Source: Octopus sinensis
Taxonomy: Eukaryota
Assembly: GCF_006345805.1 (NCBI RefSeq)
Contig: NC_043005.1
Span: 9,672,001-9,736,000, forward strand
Length of the DNA stretch: 64,000 nucleotides
Reading direction: 5' to 3'
The position numbers were made by a program, and so were the translations under genes. Below are positions 1 to 12,687 of this stretch, in pieces; within the stretch, counting starts at the first letter, position 1, and every line of letters begins with the position of its first letter. The notes beneath the pieces were generated by a model, which worked only from the letters and a program-made list of their open reading frames with translations, was not told where the DNA came from and did not search any database.

Positions 1-784
1 GGAATAGGCCTATCTCCATCCAGCTATAATATCTAGAATGTTCTGCTAAGATTAGTTCGTCACATGATTACGTAGACTGTCCAAACAACTGCTGTGGCAC
101 AGATAGTGTATTGAAACTACTGATTTTTTCGTTTACAAAATACAGTTTCTGCTACAAGAAAAGTTAGCTAGTATGGAGTAGCTACTCATCCAAGGACTAT
201 ATGTTTCTCCTCCTTTTTAATGATTATCAAAATAAACTCATGCACCAGCTCCGAGGATAAGTATGATACAGAAATTTGTTGTAAACGTTGATTTCCACCA
301 TCTTGTTTCACTTAGTTAAAACGTATATATTATTAAAGATGAAACTTGTCGATCTATTTCTTAAAGTTGGTGTCTAACTGGTTTAATGGAAGGATAACTT
401 TTATCCATCCAAAGTAATTTATTGAATGGCTGGCTGATGGTTTTACCGTTTGTTTATGGATAGTTGTCTAAATGGCTTATTAAATTTAAAACTTTACTGT
501 ATTGGAAATAGATGTCATCTTTTAGTCAACTGGTGAAACAACCGACATGTTTTAGTCAGCTTCCTTGTTTTTCCTTCTCAAGTTTTAAGCACATCTAGAT
601 GGAGATTTTATATAAGAAACGGAATGGATAACCTAATTTAATCGAAGATTTTTAACTCATTACAATACGTATGTTTGACCCAACCGTATTTGAAATTTAA
701 TTATATTTTTCTTTAGTTTTTCTATTACTACTTTCAGCTCCAGAGCTGTGGCCACGCTGGTGCACCACCATTAATTTTGCTACA

Positions 785-1260
785 ATCTGACTTCTTGGAA
801 CCTTCTCTGATATGCGGTATTTGGTGAATGTGGAAGTTTCATGTTGTTGCCCTCAGCTGCATTTCCTGTCGCACTGTAGGTTCTTCTGGAACTTTTGACA
901 GGGGGAGATCCAGTTTTCTTTTAAGACACTGCTTTCACCCCATGTAGGTATCAGACTGTGGATGTGTGTGGGAGATACTGAAATATTTATTCCTGCATCG
1001 TAATGGCGATATTGGGAATTTGGGGCTCTATACAGTGGCACTCCGTCCTGCTGTTTGTGTAATTTTCAATGACAAAGTTTGGTACAAGACCTTCCAAGAT
1101 GTTCCAGATGTATAACTACTGTATATCTTTCCCGTCTTCGAAGGGAGTAGAGTCTTCCCGTAGGGAATAATGGCGTCTTAACTTTTCAATCTTTCCCAGT
1201 AGATGACTTATTGCATTGAGAAGACTTCCTTTGTGCAGCTTTGCAGGATGGCTTCGAGTT
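785..1260 (-). mobile_element. Degenerate 3' fragment of a CR1/L2-group LINE (RT C-terminal region)
   Basis: Minus-strand translation across frameshifts gives YWERLK..LYSL.RRRERY..IYIWNILEGLVPNFVIENYTNSR and K.KLDL.LSKVPEEPTVRQE, the same C-terminal pattern as the element at 42881-43621. Confidence 0.7.
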
Positions 1261-1556
1261 CCGCCATTAATTTCCCATTATGTGGTAACCATTGATGTGT
1301 AATATTTTGTATTTTATATATTATTTATGGATTTATTTTTCATGAAGGACGCTCTCCTAAACTATTTTCCCTCATCCATATATTGATGATATTCACGATC
1401 ATCAACGTTGCATTCCCCTCCGTCGCTCTCTCTCTCTCTCTCTCTATTTCTTTACACACACGCAAACACGCACACACACACACACACACACACGTACACA
1501 CGCACACATACGCATGCATACATACATGCATGCACACAGATCTCTCTTTCTCTCTA

Positions 1557-1598
<42 letters not shown>

Positions 1599-4306
1599 CA
1601 TACATACATATAGATAGATACATAGATCGATGGATTGATGCTTATATGTATGTATTTCTCACTTTCACCAACTGACTGGAATATTTCTGTGGTGAGTCTT
1701 AATGAGACATAACCCTATGAATTGCTCTTAAGCATTTGGCTGGAAAACCAGATTCTCCAGGGACTCTGTATTTGCTATATTTTACGAATATATCAAGAAA
1801 GGAATTTTATTGACATTGTCTCCCTTATTCTATTTAGAATTTTAAACACACTTCAAGGGAGTTTTTGTCTACTAAATGCATAGACGACCTGAAATACTGC
1901 TGTGTATTGACTCACAGCATTATATAAGTAAGAGACCCTCCCCTGTTAGCAAATTTCATCACCGTAGGAGGAAGTCACTGAACAGTTTCATAATTTGTTG
2001 ATGTGTATTACGCCTGAGACTAATTGCTGTCTGGTTGACTGAATTAATGGTTTATAGTTAGTTGATGGGAGGCTCATAAAGTGTTTACTTGCGTGAAAAA
2101 TTCACCGCTTGAACAATTCAAGGAATGGATTCAGTGGTAGTTCATATAGAGGTGTCTAAATCCTTTACTGTCTGAATAAGCAAATGCTTCCATTGGTCGA
2201 TAGATGGAAAGCTGTTAGTCTATATATTCGTTGTCTAAATAAGTCACAGCTTGTCTGGATAAGCCTTTGTTCTCTTGGGAAGATGTATTGTCTATAATCC
2301 ACATGGATGTTTAAATTATTTCCTGTTCGACAGGATCGTTGATGGTTGACTATATTAAGATTCATTTGATGTTAACTCGTTTGATTTCCAAACATCAGAC
2401 AGTCACTGAATTAATCAGCAATGTTACAGCGTGCACAATATTTAAAAGCAAACTGAACCGAATTGACTGTTTTTCATTTAAGTTTCTTAGAACTGTGATA
2501 TGAACATAGCTTTGCACAAGCCCACCGAATTATACATAGGTAAAATGTATAGGTGACAGCGCGAAGCTAACGACTATACAGTATAATTAATATTTTCTCT
2601 TTAACAGAATTCGTAAAATAAAATGCGTTTGCCTTCATGGGAAGAAGTGATTTCTGACTTTTTATTAGCTTCCAAGCCTTGCTATGACCATCAACCAGAG
2701 CGTGACAGAGACGGTAACTCAGTAATCTCTGATTTAAACAAATGATATTACTGTACACTTATGTAGAGTGGTTGTAAATCAATAATTTCCATACAAACTG
2801 CTTGACTTGTTTCACTTTCTGTTCGAGTGAATTATTTCCTGGTTACTTGATTCGGTGGATGTTTCAATGGCTGAATGATCGGTTGGTTGGTTGTTTAAAC
2901 GGTTGGACCGGTAACCTGGTGGATGAATGACTACTCGGATCAATTGAAAATGTCGTTTGGTTTCTTCATGTTGATAGTAACGATGTAGGTGTTTATCAAT
3001 GCTGTCAAGATGTCGGGTAAAAAGTAGTACAGATATCAGCGGGCGATTGGTGCTGAAGTTCATCAGTATGATCATATGAATAGTTTTGCAGGTATACATA
3101 GGGTTTTATTAGCGCTAAAGCTCATAGTGCTGTTGGAAATGTACATTGCAATGGGGGTGGGGTAATAACTACGTTAAGATAGATGGTAGAACTTTAATAG
3201 TGTGTATAGTCCTGGGGTCTAAATGTAGAAAAGGTCTAGATTGGATGATGCAATTGAAGTAGAGTACATGGAAGTAAGCGTGAAAAGTTATATGATAACG
3301 TAGATTCGATATAAGTTATGCATGGCTCAATGCATAAGGAGTACGTTTTATAATCATAAAATGTTGAATTCGATCCCACGATATGGCATCTTTAAAAAAT
3401 GCCGTTGTCTACAGCCTCGGATCGATCCATATCTTGTAAATAAAATTAGGAGGTTGAAATTATATTGAAGTCCATCGATGGATTGTATCTACAATTGAAA
3501 AGATACAGCCTTGTTACCTATTTTGTCACTATGTATTCACACGAGAATTTCGATACGGATACACGTGTCTGTCGAATGCAAAACCAATTTCATTTTAACT
3601 CAATGAGGAGATAACTCAGTTGATCGAATCGCTAAATATTAATCGTAGAAACCGACGGAGATGTATTCTTCCACGTACTTTCTGTGGTTGTACAGATGGT
3701 GTTTCTGAGGCAACCGGGTATGCTAGTACGGGTGATACCTGGAGCATACGGCACAGCATAGAGAAGACAGTAGTATAATCCGATTACCTTGCAGCTGTTT
3801 TAATTAGGCTTTAGTCAGCGATAGATTCTATAGTTATATCCGTTGGGCTTCAATGAAAGGTAGACACATTGTCATGTTGCATAAGCCTCTCTGAGAGATC
3901 GATCCTGAAATCATATGATCTTCGTCAAATAGTTATCCCATAATAGTCATTTTGGATATAGTTCTGTCAGAGATAGGTCCCAGTCATTTCTCTGTTAGCT
4001 CTGATCGATGCTACAGTTATTCTGACCTCATTAATCCGTTGATCAATCAGCCTGCTGTACACACATCTTACCTATAATCATGTTTACAGTCAACGTTGCA
4101 GTTATCGTCATTGATTTATTGGTTCGGTTCACTAACAGCTCCACTTCCCCTACTATCACCACCGTACACTATTACAACCGCTTGTACCACCACACGCTAC
4201 GATCGCCTACGAATAGGAGAGGCTGTACTGCATCACCTGCACTTCTAGAAATAACAGCCAAACATCTCTTATGACTAGGCTATATCTATAGTCGATTACT
4301 AACATC

Positions 4307-4713
4307 CTGACAGAACCGTTAGCACGCCGGGCGAAATGCGTAGCCGTATTTCGTCTGCCGTTACGTTCTGAGTTCAAATTCCGCCGAGGTCGACTTTGCC
4401 TTTCATCCTTTCGGGGTCGATAAATTAAGTACCAGTTACGCACTGGGAGTCGATAAAATCGACTTTATCCGTTTGCCTGTCCTTGTTTGTCCCCTCTGTG
4501 TTTAGCCCCTTGTGAGTAGTAAAGAAATAGGTATTTCGTCTGCCGCTACGTTCTGAGTTCAAATTCCGCCGAGGTCGACTTTGCCTTTCATCCTTCCGGG
4601 GTCGATAAATTAAGTACCAGTTACGCACTGGGGTCGATATAATCGACTTAATCCGTTTTTCTGTCCTTGTTTGTCCCCTCTCTGTTTAGCCCCTTGTGGG
4701 TAGTAAAGAAATA
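4307..4713 (+). mobile_element. tRNA-derived SINE family A, head-to-tail dimer (full unit 4307-4529, 5'-truncated unit 4530-4713)
   Basis: B-box-like GAGTTCAAATTCC, central GGTCGACTTTGCCTTTCATCCTTTCGGGGTCGATAAATTAAGTACCAG and tail GTAGTAAAGAAATA each occur twice; many other copies in the window. Confidence 0.9.
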
Positions 4714-5752
4714 CGATATAGTAGCTACATCTCTTTTAAATTATATGTGACCATCCTACAAGAAATTATCTTATGCTTTCCTCTGTGCATTCAGTCTGGA
4801 ATGCTATGGGTTCGTCACAATTATGATCTGAATTAAACTGTAACTGGCCACCTATGCTTAAACCAAAGTAGACTCCCGCAACAACGTCATTTCCTCTTAT
4901 ATCACGACATACGACAATCATCTCCAATCATTACAAATCTTTCCATCTTACTACTGTTTATTTCACTGTACATAGAAAAGATCCTTAGTTCCATAGCCTA
5001 GAATAACGAACTTACTTCCGCAACTCATTTATCGACAATACCACATGCTACTGCCACCTATGCTAAATATTCTACATCCTTTACTCATATTGGTCTCAAA
5101 TTTTGGCACAACGCCAGCAATTTCAGGGGAGGGACTAAGTTGATTGCATCGACCCCTGTGGTCAACTGCTACTTATTTTACCGTCCCTGAAAGCATGAAA
5201 GGGAAAGTCGACTGCGGCACCTTATTTTCATATTGATAGTTTATAATATAGGCTATAGAGGTCCTATACCATATTCAGTTATTACATACTGTATCACATT
5301 ATCTTCTGCTTACAAACACGAGCTCTATGCTGCCGATCGATTTGCTACAAATAGCAGTCAGACGTCTCTCGTATCATGAGATGCATTTTCGAGCTATCCT
5401 ACAGCATTATCACCAAAGGAAGTAATTATGCAGTTCACGTAACTGTAGTCACCAAATTTTGTGGATAATTTCATCTGATTTATTCATCTTTCTTACGTAA
5501 TGTTAAAACGAATTTGGAAATATATAAGTACTATACCTCGATACACACATTCAAACATGTACAAAAATATACACACACATACACACAAATACGCAAATAT
5601 ATATCGCTATGCACACATTGACATATACCCATGCACACACTCATACAGTATATATGCATATGCGTGTGTGTTTATATAGAAAGGGAAATGCATGCATACA
5701 TGCACACAGACAGATAGAAATAGATTGACAGATTGACAGCTAGCTAGCTAGT

Positions 5753-5804
<52 letters not shown>

Positions 5805-5873
5805 CAGACAGATAGAGTTGTCAGAAATATTATCACACGGGACGAAATGCTTAGCGGCATTTCGTCTGCCGAA

Positions 5874-6104
5874 GGCGGCGAGCTAGCAGAAATATTAGCA
5901 CGCCGGGCGAAATGCGTAGCCGTATTTCATCTGCCGTTACGTTCTGAGTTCAAATTCCGCCGAGGTCGACTTAGCCTTTCATCCTTTCGGGGTCGATTAA
6001 ATAAGTACCAGTTACGCACTGGTGGTCGGTGTCATCGACTTAATCCCTTTGTCTGTCCTTGTTTGTCCCCTCTATGTTTGTCCCCTTGTGGTCAGTAAAA
6101 AATA
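5874..6104 (+). mobile_element. SINE family A copy
   Basis: Full match to the family A sequence from GGCGGCGAGCTAGCAGAA to the AAAAAATA tail; flanked by (GATA)n. Confidence 0.9.
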
Positions 6105-7286
6105 AGATAGATAGATAGATAGATCCATTTCGATGTTCAGATGTATGAAGAAAGCATGGGACATGTGTTGATGAAACTAAGTAATTTGATAGCTTGACTT
6201 TACTTCGCATCCTTAGAATTTTCTTAGCTGCCCTGGCATGTCTAATTTCTCAAGTGTATACGGGATGGGGGGGGGGGGGAAGTACCGCTTCAAGGTGAGA
6301 ACAGTTGCACCTTCATCGGTTACTTCAGGTTTCTTGTGGGACTCGGCAGTGCAGCGACTGGTGTATAAAAACTAAAGGTACTAATTGTTCCATAATGGAA
6401 TGGAAGGAGGATATTCGCCTGTCTTAGATTTAAAACTTGGATAATTTTAAGAAAAATTTCTCAGCGTAGGAGATTTGTACAATACTAACCATATATGGAC
6501 AAATTTTCTGAGGAAATTTTGGCGATAAGATATCTCTGAAAATGTCAAAATATTCAGATTTGGAAAACTGAAGAATCCTTCCAAGTGGAGATGGTAATGG
6601 TTTCTCCATATTTGATAGTGGCGATGCACATTATACTCACAATTGTATATTCAGTTGCCAGCTGTGAGCAATCTTCAGGCAAATTAAAATTAAGCTTCTC
6701 ATATTTCAGAGCTTCAGTGGACTAAGAAAGCCGGTTAGCTGAAGTCATGCCGAGGACTGGAAGTTAGGAAATTGAAAACAAATTCTTTATGACTATTGAC
6801 GTATCATTATTGTCAAAAGTAGGTGAAGTACAGTTTGAAAATGAGGATTATATTTATCCATAAAGTAGCAAAAATAAAATAATTAATTATGGGTAAAAGA
6901 AAATACAAGAGGTTCAGTTAACTCTGATTTTATTTAATATACTCCCCTCTCGGATTCACCCTTAAAGCCAGGAACCTTTCGGCACCCCCTCGTAATTGGG
7001 ATTTCTTTGCTATGCTTACACATGTTTATAATGCTTAGCCGTAAAAGTATTAATAGCTTTACGTATATTTTACGCTTTATAAGATTGAGCTTCGGTAGTA
7101 ATGATGGCTGATTTTATGGATCTGATGAACCTTAGTTACGCCCCTATATATACATCCATTACGGCTGTTTATGATAACTTCGCTTGTCACAACCACAATA
7201 GCTTTCACCGAGAACTTTATTATCACCTCAAACATGCTTTATCAACCACAGTTATACTACTACTACTACTACTACTACTACTACAA

Positions 7287-7319
<33 letters not shown>

Positions 7320-8421
7320 TTGCTACTACCGCTGCTGCTGCTGCTGCCATTAATATTTTCTGATGCAAACACACGGCCATAAATCGTTAAAGAGGAAAAA
7401 CAGTCGATAAAAATCGATCCTAATGAAAGCCTTGTACTTATTTTATCGAATGCAGGAGGATAAAAATCAAAGCTCATTTCAACAGAAAAGATAATACTAA
7501 TAATAAACGATTCGTTATATGCTAAAGAGGAATGACGGATGGGTGGGAAGGGGAGGGGGTCACATGACAAACTCTAATCAAAAAATGTTGCGAGTTTACG
7601 TTGACCCGATTATAAGAAGCACGAACATGGAGGACAACAATCTGCAATGAAAGAGGGAAATTTATAGATCCGGATCGCCATTACTATTACTAAGGGTAAG
7701 AGTTACTTCCCTCAGCTGCATTTTCCATCTAGAGACGCGTGTTGAGAGTATACCCTTTCAAGTTATTCTCCCACACCTTTTAGATGATTTATTGGACGAT
7801 ACCACCTAACTCTTCGTTCTATTCTTTGCGAATAGAACTTGAAGATGATCCAGATAACTTGAACGAAAAGTGATTGAAAGAAGTACCTTCCATGCAGTGC
7901 TTTCAGTATTGTTCCCTATCCAATCTTTTGAAGACCATAGCAGCCAATCAAAAAGAAAAACAAAATGATGTGGAAAGTTCTCAAGCTGGAGAAGGCTGAT
8001 AACCAGATCCCCCCCCCCCATGCGATGTCTATTTCATAAAATAAGTCAGAACCGGAATTACAATTAATGGATCCTTTGCAGATCAGTTTTGTTCGATTTT
8101 CCACCATTTAGGATAGGCCCGGCTGACGGCGTTTCCCTGCTTCTAGAGTTTATTTCGCACCGGAAATCTCTCAGTATCACTATCATACCAAAGACTCATA
8201 ATTCTACTGAATATGCGATTGTTTCTGAAAGTTTCACGGAATAATATATTCCTTTCGTCTTCGCCAATTGTTGATTTTGCTCACCTCAGACTGACATATC
8301 ACTGGACGCATTGTGCATCTTCTGGCGAATTCTAAGCAACTAACGATTATTTAAGATCATAAGACCCCAATTTAGGCCCTTAATATGAGCTCAAATTCAA
8401 ATGTTTATGAAAAATATATGC

Positions 8422-8577
8422 ATAGGCCTAGGAGTGGATGTGTGGTAAGAAGCTTGCTTACTAACCACATGGTTCCACATGGCACCTTTGGCAAGTATCT
8501 TCTACAATAGCCTCGGACCGACCAAAGCCTTGTGAGTGGATTTGGTAGACGGAAACTGAAAGCCCGTCGTATATATG

Positions 8578-8613
<36 letters not shown>

Positions 8614-8643
8614 GTGTGTGTGTGTGGTGTGTGTGTGTGTGTG

Positions 8644-8679
<36 letters not shown>

Positions 8680-8930
8680 TGTGTGTGTATGTGTGTGTTT
8701 GTGTTTGTGTATGTTTGTGTGTCTGTGTTTGCCCCCCCCCTCCCCGCAACATCACTTGACAACCGATGCTGGTGTGTTTACATCTCCGTAACTTAGCGGT
8801 TCGGCAAAAAATACTCATAAAATAAGTACTAGGCTTACAAAGAACAAGTCCTGGGGTCAATTTGCTCGATTAAAGGCGGTGCTCCAGCATGGCCGCAGTC
8901 AAATGACAGAAACAAGTAAAAGAGTGAAAG
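8422..8930 (+). mobile_element. tRNA-derived SINE family B with expanded internal (TA)n/(TG)n tract
   Basis: A-box-like TGGATGTGTGG head, body CTTTGGCAAGTATCTTCT..GGATTTGGTAGACGGAAACTGAAAG, internal microsatellite, 3' part ..GGCGGTGCTCCAGCATGGCCGCAGTCAAATGAC; matches 45072-45468 and 63619-64000. Confidence 0.9.
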
Positions 8931-9308
8931 AGAGAGAGCATATTTTTACATCCACCTAACATTCTAAATGTTACTCCTGCTCCTACTATTAAACTCTACG
9001 TCCGGTTTAACCACTATACTATAGAATTATATTATAAACCATTCCAGTATGATATGCTATGTAATAAAATTTTATTATGCTAAAGTATTATGACTGCAAC
9101 ACTTTCTATATTATAATCACAAGATTAATCATTATAGTATAATCTCATTTGCAAGTTCATTATTGATAATGATATATCTCTTATTATCAATATCCTGAGC
9201 TAAAATTCCAAATATTCTATGATCACAATACTATGTCTAAAACTACATTTCCGACAGTACTATATCATAGTTGAAATTGTCACTCTACTCTAATTAGCCC
9301 GTCACTAT

Positions 9309-9538
9309 CTTATTTCTTTATTGCCCACAAGGGGCTAAACACAAAGGGGACAAACAAGGACAGACAAAGGGATTAAGTCGATTACATCGACCTCAGTGCG
9401 TAACTGGTACTTAATTTATCGACCCCGAAAGGATGAAAGGCAAAGTCGACCTTGGCGGAATTTGAACTCAGAGCGTAGCGGCAGACGAAATACAGCGAAG
9501 CATTTCGCCCGGCGTGCTAACGGTTCTGCCAGCTCGCC
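9309..9538 (-). mobile_element. SINE family A, full length, with 12-bp target-site duplication
   Basis: Reverse complement of family A; GCCCGTCACTAT at 9297-9308 and 9539-9550. Confidence 0.92.
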
Positions 9539-9672
9539 GCCCGTCACTATTTTGCTATACTGTAATTATAACTAAACCACCACTGTCTATAATTAAAGCT
9601 ATGATCCACACTATATGCTAAGCCAACCTCCTCTTCTTCATAATTTCAAACCGACGAGATATACAGTATAGT

Positions 9673-9996
9673 GTGTAGGTGCGTGGCTTAGCAGTTAGGG
9701 TATTCGACTCACGATCATAAGGTACTGAGTTCAATTCCCGGCGGCGCGTTGTGTCCTTGAGCAAGACACTTTATTTCACACAGCTCCAGTTCACTCTGCT
9801 GGCAAAAATGTATAGTACCTGTATTTCAAAGGGCCAGCCTTGTCACACTCTGTTGCGCTGAATCTCCCCGAGAATTACGTTAAGGGTACACATGTTTGTG
9901 GATTGCTCAGCCACTTGCACGTTGATTTCACGAGCAGGCTGTTCCGTTGATAGGATCAACTGGAACATTCGTCGTCCCAACCGACGGAGTACCAGA
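9673..9996 (+). mobile_element. tRNA-derived SINE family C
   Basis: A box TGGCTTAGCAG, B box GAGTTCAATTCC, GTGTCCTTGAGCAAGACACTT central motif (CORE-like) and tail ..CCGACGGAGT; reverse copy at 40133-40447. Confidence 0.88.
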
Positions 9997-10082
9997 TTTA
10001 TTTTAAATACGATATACTAAAAGGTAATTCACAGTTATATCAATGACTTTACTATAATCAAAACCATTATCCTCGACATAGT

Positions 10083-10352
10083 GAAGGCGCAAGCATCAGT
10101 GGTTAGAGCGTCAAGCTTACGCTCGCGAGGTTGTGAGTTCGAATCCGGACCGGGCTGCGTGTTGTGTTCTTGAGCAAGACACTTTATTTCACGTTGCTCC
10201 AGTTCACTCAGCTGTAGAAATAAGTTGCGACGTCACAGGTGCCAAGCTGTATCGGCACTCGGATGACACTGGTGGGGTGGAGAGGGAAGGCCGGTATGCA
10301 TGGGCGACTGCTAGTCTTTCATAAACAACCTTGCCCGGAATTGTGCCTGGGA
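10083..10352 (+). mobile_element. tRNA-derived SINE, family C-related (same central motif, different tail)
   Basis: AGTGGTTAGAGCG A box, GAGTTCGAATCC B box, then TGTGTTCTTGAGCAAGACACTTTATTTCACGTTGCTCCAGTTCACTC shared with family C, then an unrelated 3' part. Confidence 0.8.
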
Positions 10353-10393
10353 GCTTCTACTATGCTATAAAGACAACCATTGCTATATTAACA

Positions 10394-10433
<40 letters not shown>

Positions 10434-10457
10434 ACACACACATATATATATATATAT

Positions 10458-11662
10458 GTTAGTTAGTTAGTTAGTTAATTTGGCTCAAAAGCAAATAGCA
10501 AGGCCATGTAGGGGGGACATAGAGTTAAGTACAGGGTGGTGTTCATGTAAAGAGTTCAGGCCACTTGAGGTCCAGGGAGGCTTTGAACAAAGCGGTCGTC
10601 GGCATCTTCACCATCTCGTCTGGCAGCTTGTTCCACGGATCCGCAACCCGGACGGAGAAAGCTCCTCTCCTTCGATTGAGATGAAATCGTCGGAGGTAGA
10701 GCTTTTCAGAATGACCCCGCAGCCGACGCTCTGGAGCAGGAGTGAAGAACAGCGCTTTCGAGAGGTTACACTTTCCGCTTATGATGTTGTGGGCGAGAAT
10801 GAGATCACCACGGCGGCGGCGTTTTTCAAGAGAATAAAGGTCGAGCGTCCTCAGCCTTTCTTCGTAGGACAAATTTTTGAGACCATGAACCATGCGGGTA
10901 GCCAGCTTCTGGACTCTTTCGAGATGCTGTATGTCTTTGAGGAGATAAGGAGAAGAGGCTTGAATCCCATACTCCAATATGGGTCTCACCAGCGTGACAT
11001 AGAGTGGTAGGAATATGGCTGCTGTGAGCATTCCGAATGACCGTCGAATCAAGAACAGAATTCCGCGTGCTTTGTTGGCAGCATGGACGCACTGGGCCGA
11101 AGGCGAAAAGGAGGAATCCACCAAGATACCTAGATCCTTTACCTGATCGGTCCTCTCCAGCAGCAGACGACCCGGCTCGAAATCAAGTTGAGTTGCAGGA
11201 GTAGAGCCGACAGGCAGATGACAGAACTTTGACACGTTCAGACACAGGTCCCAATTGTTAGACCACTTCCAAATTTGGTGGAGGCATCGACGAAGATCCT
11301 CTATATTACCGCGAGGAGCGACCAGTTTGATATCGTCGGTAAATATCAGGGTGTGTTGCGTGAGGTCGTCGGGCAAGTCATTTAAGAAGACTAAGAACAA
11401 CAAGGGCCCAAGCACTGAACCTTGAGGCACGCCACTGCTCGCACTGGAGACGTCGGAGCGCGAACCATTAACTTGGACTTGGAAGGAGCGATTTGAGAGG
11501 AAGGCACCAACCCATCGTACAATATCCGGATGGAAACTATATGCTTGAAGCTTGACAAGTAATAGGCGGTGGTTTACCGAGTCAAAAACTTTGGCAAAGT
11601 CCAGTAAAACGATGTCAACAGCATCACTATCATCGAGGACGAGCGTCACCAATTCTTCCATT
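10458..11662 (-). mobile_element. 5'-truncated CR1/L2-group non-LTR retrotransposon with short 3' UTR and (AACT)n tail
   Basis: RT ORF 10543-11661, 3' UTR, (GTTA)n on plus strand at 10458-10477; (TA)n on both flanks. Confidence 0.93.
10543..11661 (-). CDS. Reverse transcriptase (C-terminal part of LINE ORF2), 372 aa, no stops
   Basis: Motifs LDFAKVFDSVNH, SGVPQGSVLGPLLF, FTDDIK (YADD equivalent), DLGILVD, LVRPILEY, SYEERL..L.LYSLEKRR.RGDLI, WNKLP. Confidence 0.9.
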   Translation of the reverse strand: MEELVTLVLDDSDAVDIVLLDFAKVFDSVNHRLLLVKLQAYSFHPDIVRWVGAFLSNRSFQVQVNGSRSDVSSASSGVPQGSVLGPLLFLVFLNDLPDDLTQHTLIFTDDIKLVAPRGNIEDLRRCLHQIWKWSNNWDLCLNVSKFCHLPVGSTPATQLDFEPGRLLLERTDQVKDLGILVDSSFSPSAQCVHAANKARGILFLIRRSFGMLTAAIFLPLYVTLVRPILEYGIQASSPYLLKDIQHLERVQKLATRMVHGLKNLSYEERLRTLDLYSLEKRRRRGDLILAHNIISGKCNLSKALFFTPAPERRLRGHSEKLYLRRFHLNRRRGAFSVRVADPWNKLPDEMVKMPTTALFKASLDLKWPELFT

Positions 11663-11686
11663 ACCGCTATATATATATATATATAT

Positions 11687-11799
11687 AGCGGTATTTCGTC
11701 TCTCGCAACGTTGTGAGTTCAAATTCCGCCGAGGTCGACTTTGCCTATCATTCTTTCGGGGTCGATAAATTAAGTACCAGTTATGCACTGGGGTCGATG
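11687..11799 (+). mobile_element. SINE family A fragment
   Basis: GAGTTCAAATTCCGCCGAGGTCGACTTTGCC..GGGGTCGATAAATTAAGTACCAG. Confidence 0.85.
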
Positions 11800-12224
11800 C
11801 TCCAAAAATTTCGGGCCATTTTCTTAGAGTAGAAAAGAACATTTCACATATATTCCATCATAACTGCAACGATATAGCGTACTCATAAGTGCAACCACTT
11901 CTATGCTATTATTACACATACACTATGTGACTACAATTTCCAACAAACTATAACATTAGTAAAACCGCTATGATACTATGATCACAATATATTATACGAT
12001 AAATATATCTTCCACTACACTATAAATTTAGTATACAAGCTGTGTACTATAAAAGTGAGCTTTAACATTATAAGACTACCACTGCTGCAATAATCACTCA
12101 TAGCATTACTATTATAACCATTACTATGAAACCACTACTATGCCTATACAATCGTAGTATGCGTTACATATTCATATTTAATACAACCTTTTAGGACATT
12201 CCCACTATATTTCCATCTAATTTC

Positions 12225-12323
12225 GTTACTGCTGCTGCTGCTGCTGCTGCTACTACTACTACTACTACTGCTACTATTACCTATAATGATAATAATAGTA
12301 CTAACAATGCTACAACAACAACA

Positions 12324-12356
<33 letters not shown>

Positions 12357-12357
12357 G

Positions 12358-12388
<31 letters not shown>

Positions 12389-12419
12389 CACTGCTGCTAC
12401 CAAAAAATAAAACTAATGA

Positions 12420-12453
<34 letters not shown>

Positions 12454-12507
12454 GCTGTTGCTACTACTACTTCTGCTGTTGCTACTACTACCTATAATAA
12501 TAATAAC

Positions 12508-12599
<92 letters not shown>

Positions 12600-12656
12600 T
12601 AATAATAATAATGATAATAATTATTATTATTATTACTATTATTATTATTATTATTA

Positions 12657-12686
<30 letters not shown>
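12225..12686. repeat. Compound triplet microsatellite (CTG)n/(CTA)n then (TAA)n|(TTA)n
   Basis: Read directly. Confidence 0.95.

Positions 12687-12687
<1 letters not shown>

Noticed and set aside
1-760. Non-repetitive-looking segment, possibly an old retroelement remnant
   Set aside because: No motif I can identify.
1900-3100. Possible decayed LINE endonuclease on minus strand (NIICLNQ, ILIILYSR)
   Set aside because: Only faint motif resemblance across many stops; needs a profile search.
6265-6280. Poly-G run as a G-quadruplex
   Set aside because: Isolated homopolymer of uncertain assembled length with no functional context.
9673-10160. tRNA-like heads with A and B boxes (also 52197, 54311, 61726)
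   Set aside because: No complete cloverleaf; each continues into a SINE body, so they are not tRNA genes.
10480-11092. 176-aa plus-strand ORF and 88-aa alternative-frame ORF
   Set aside because: Shadow frames of the LINE RT ORF.
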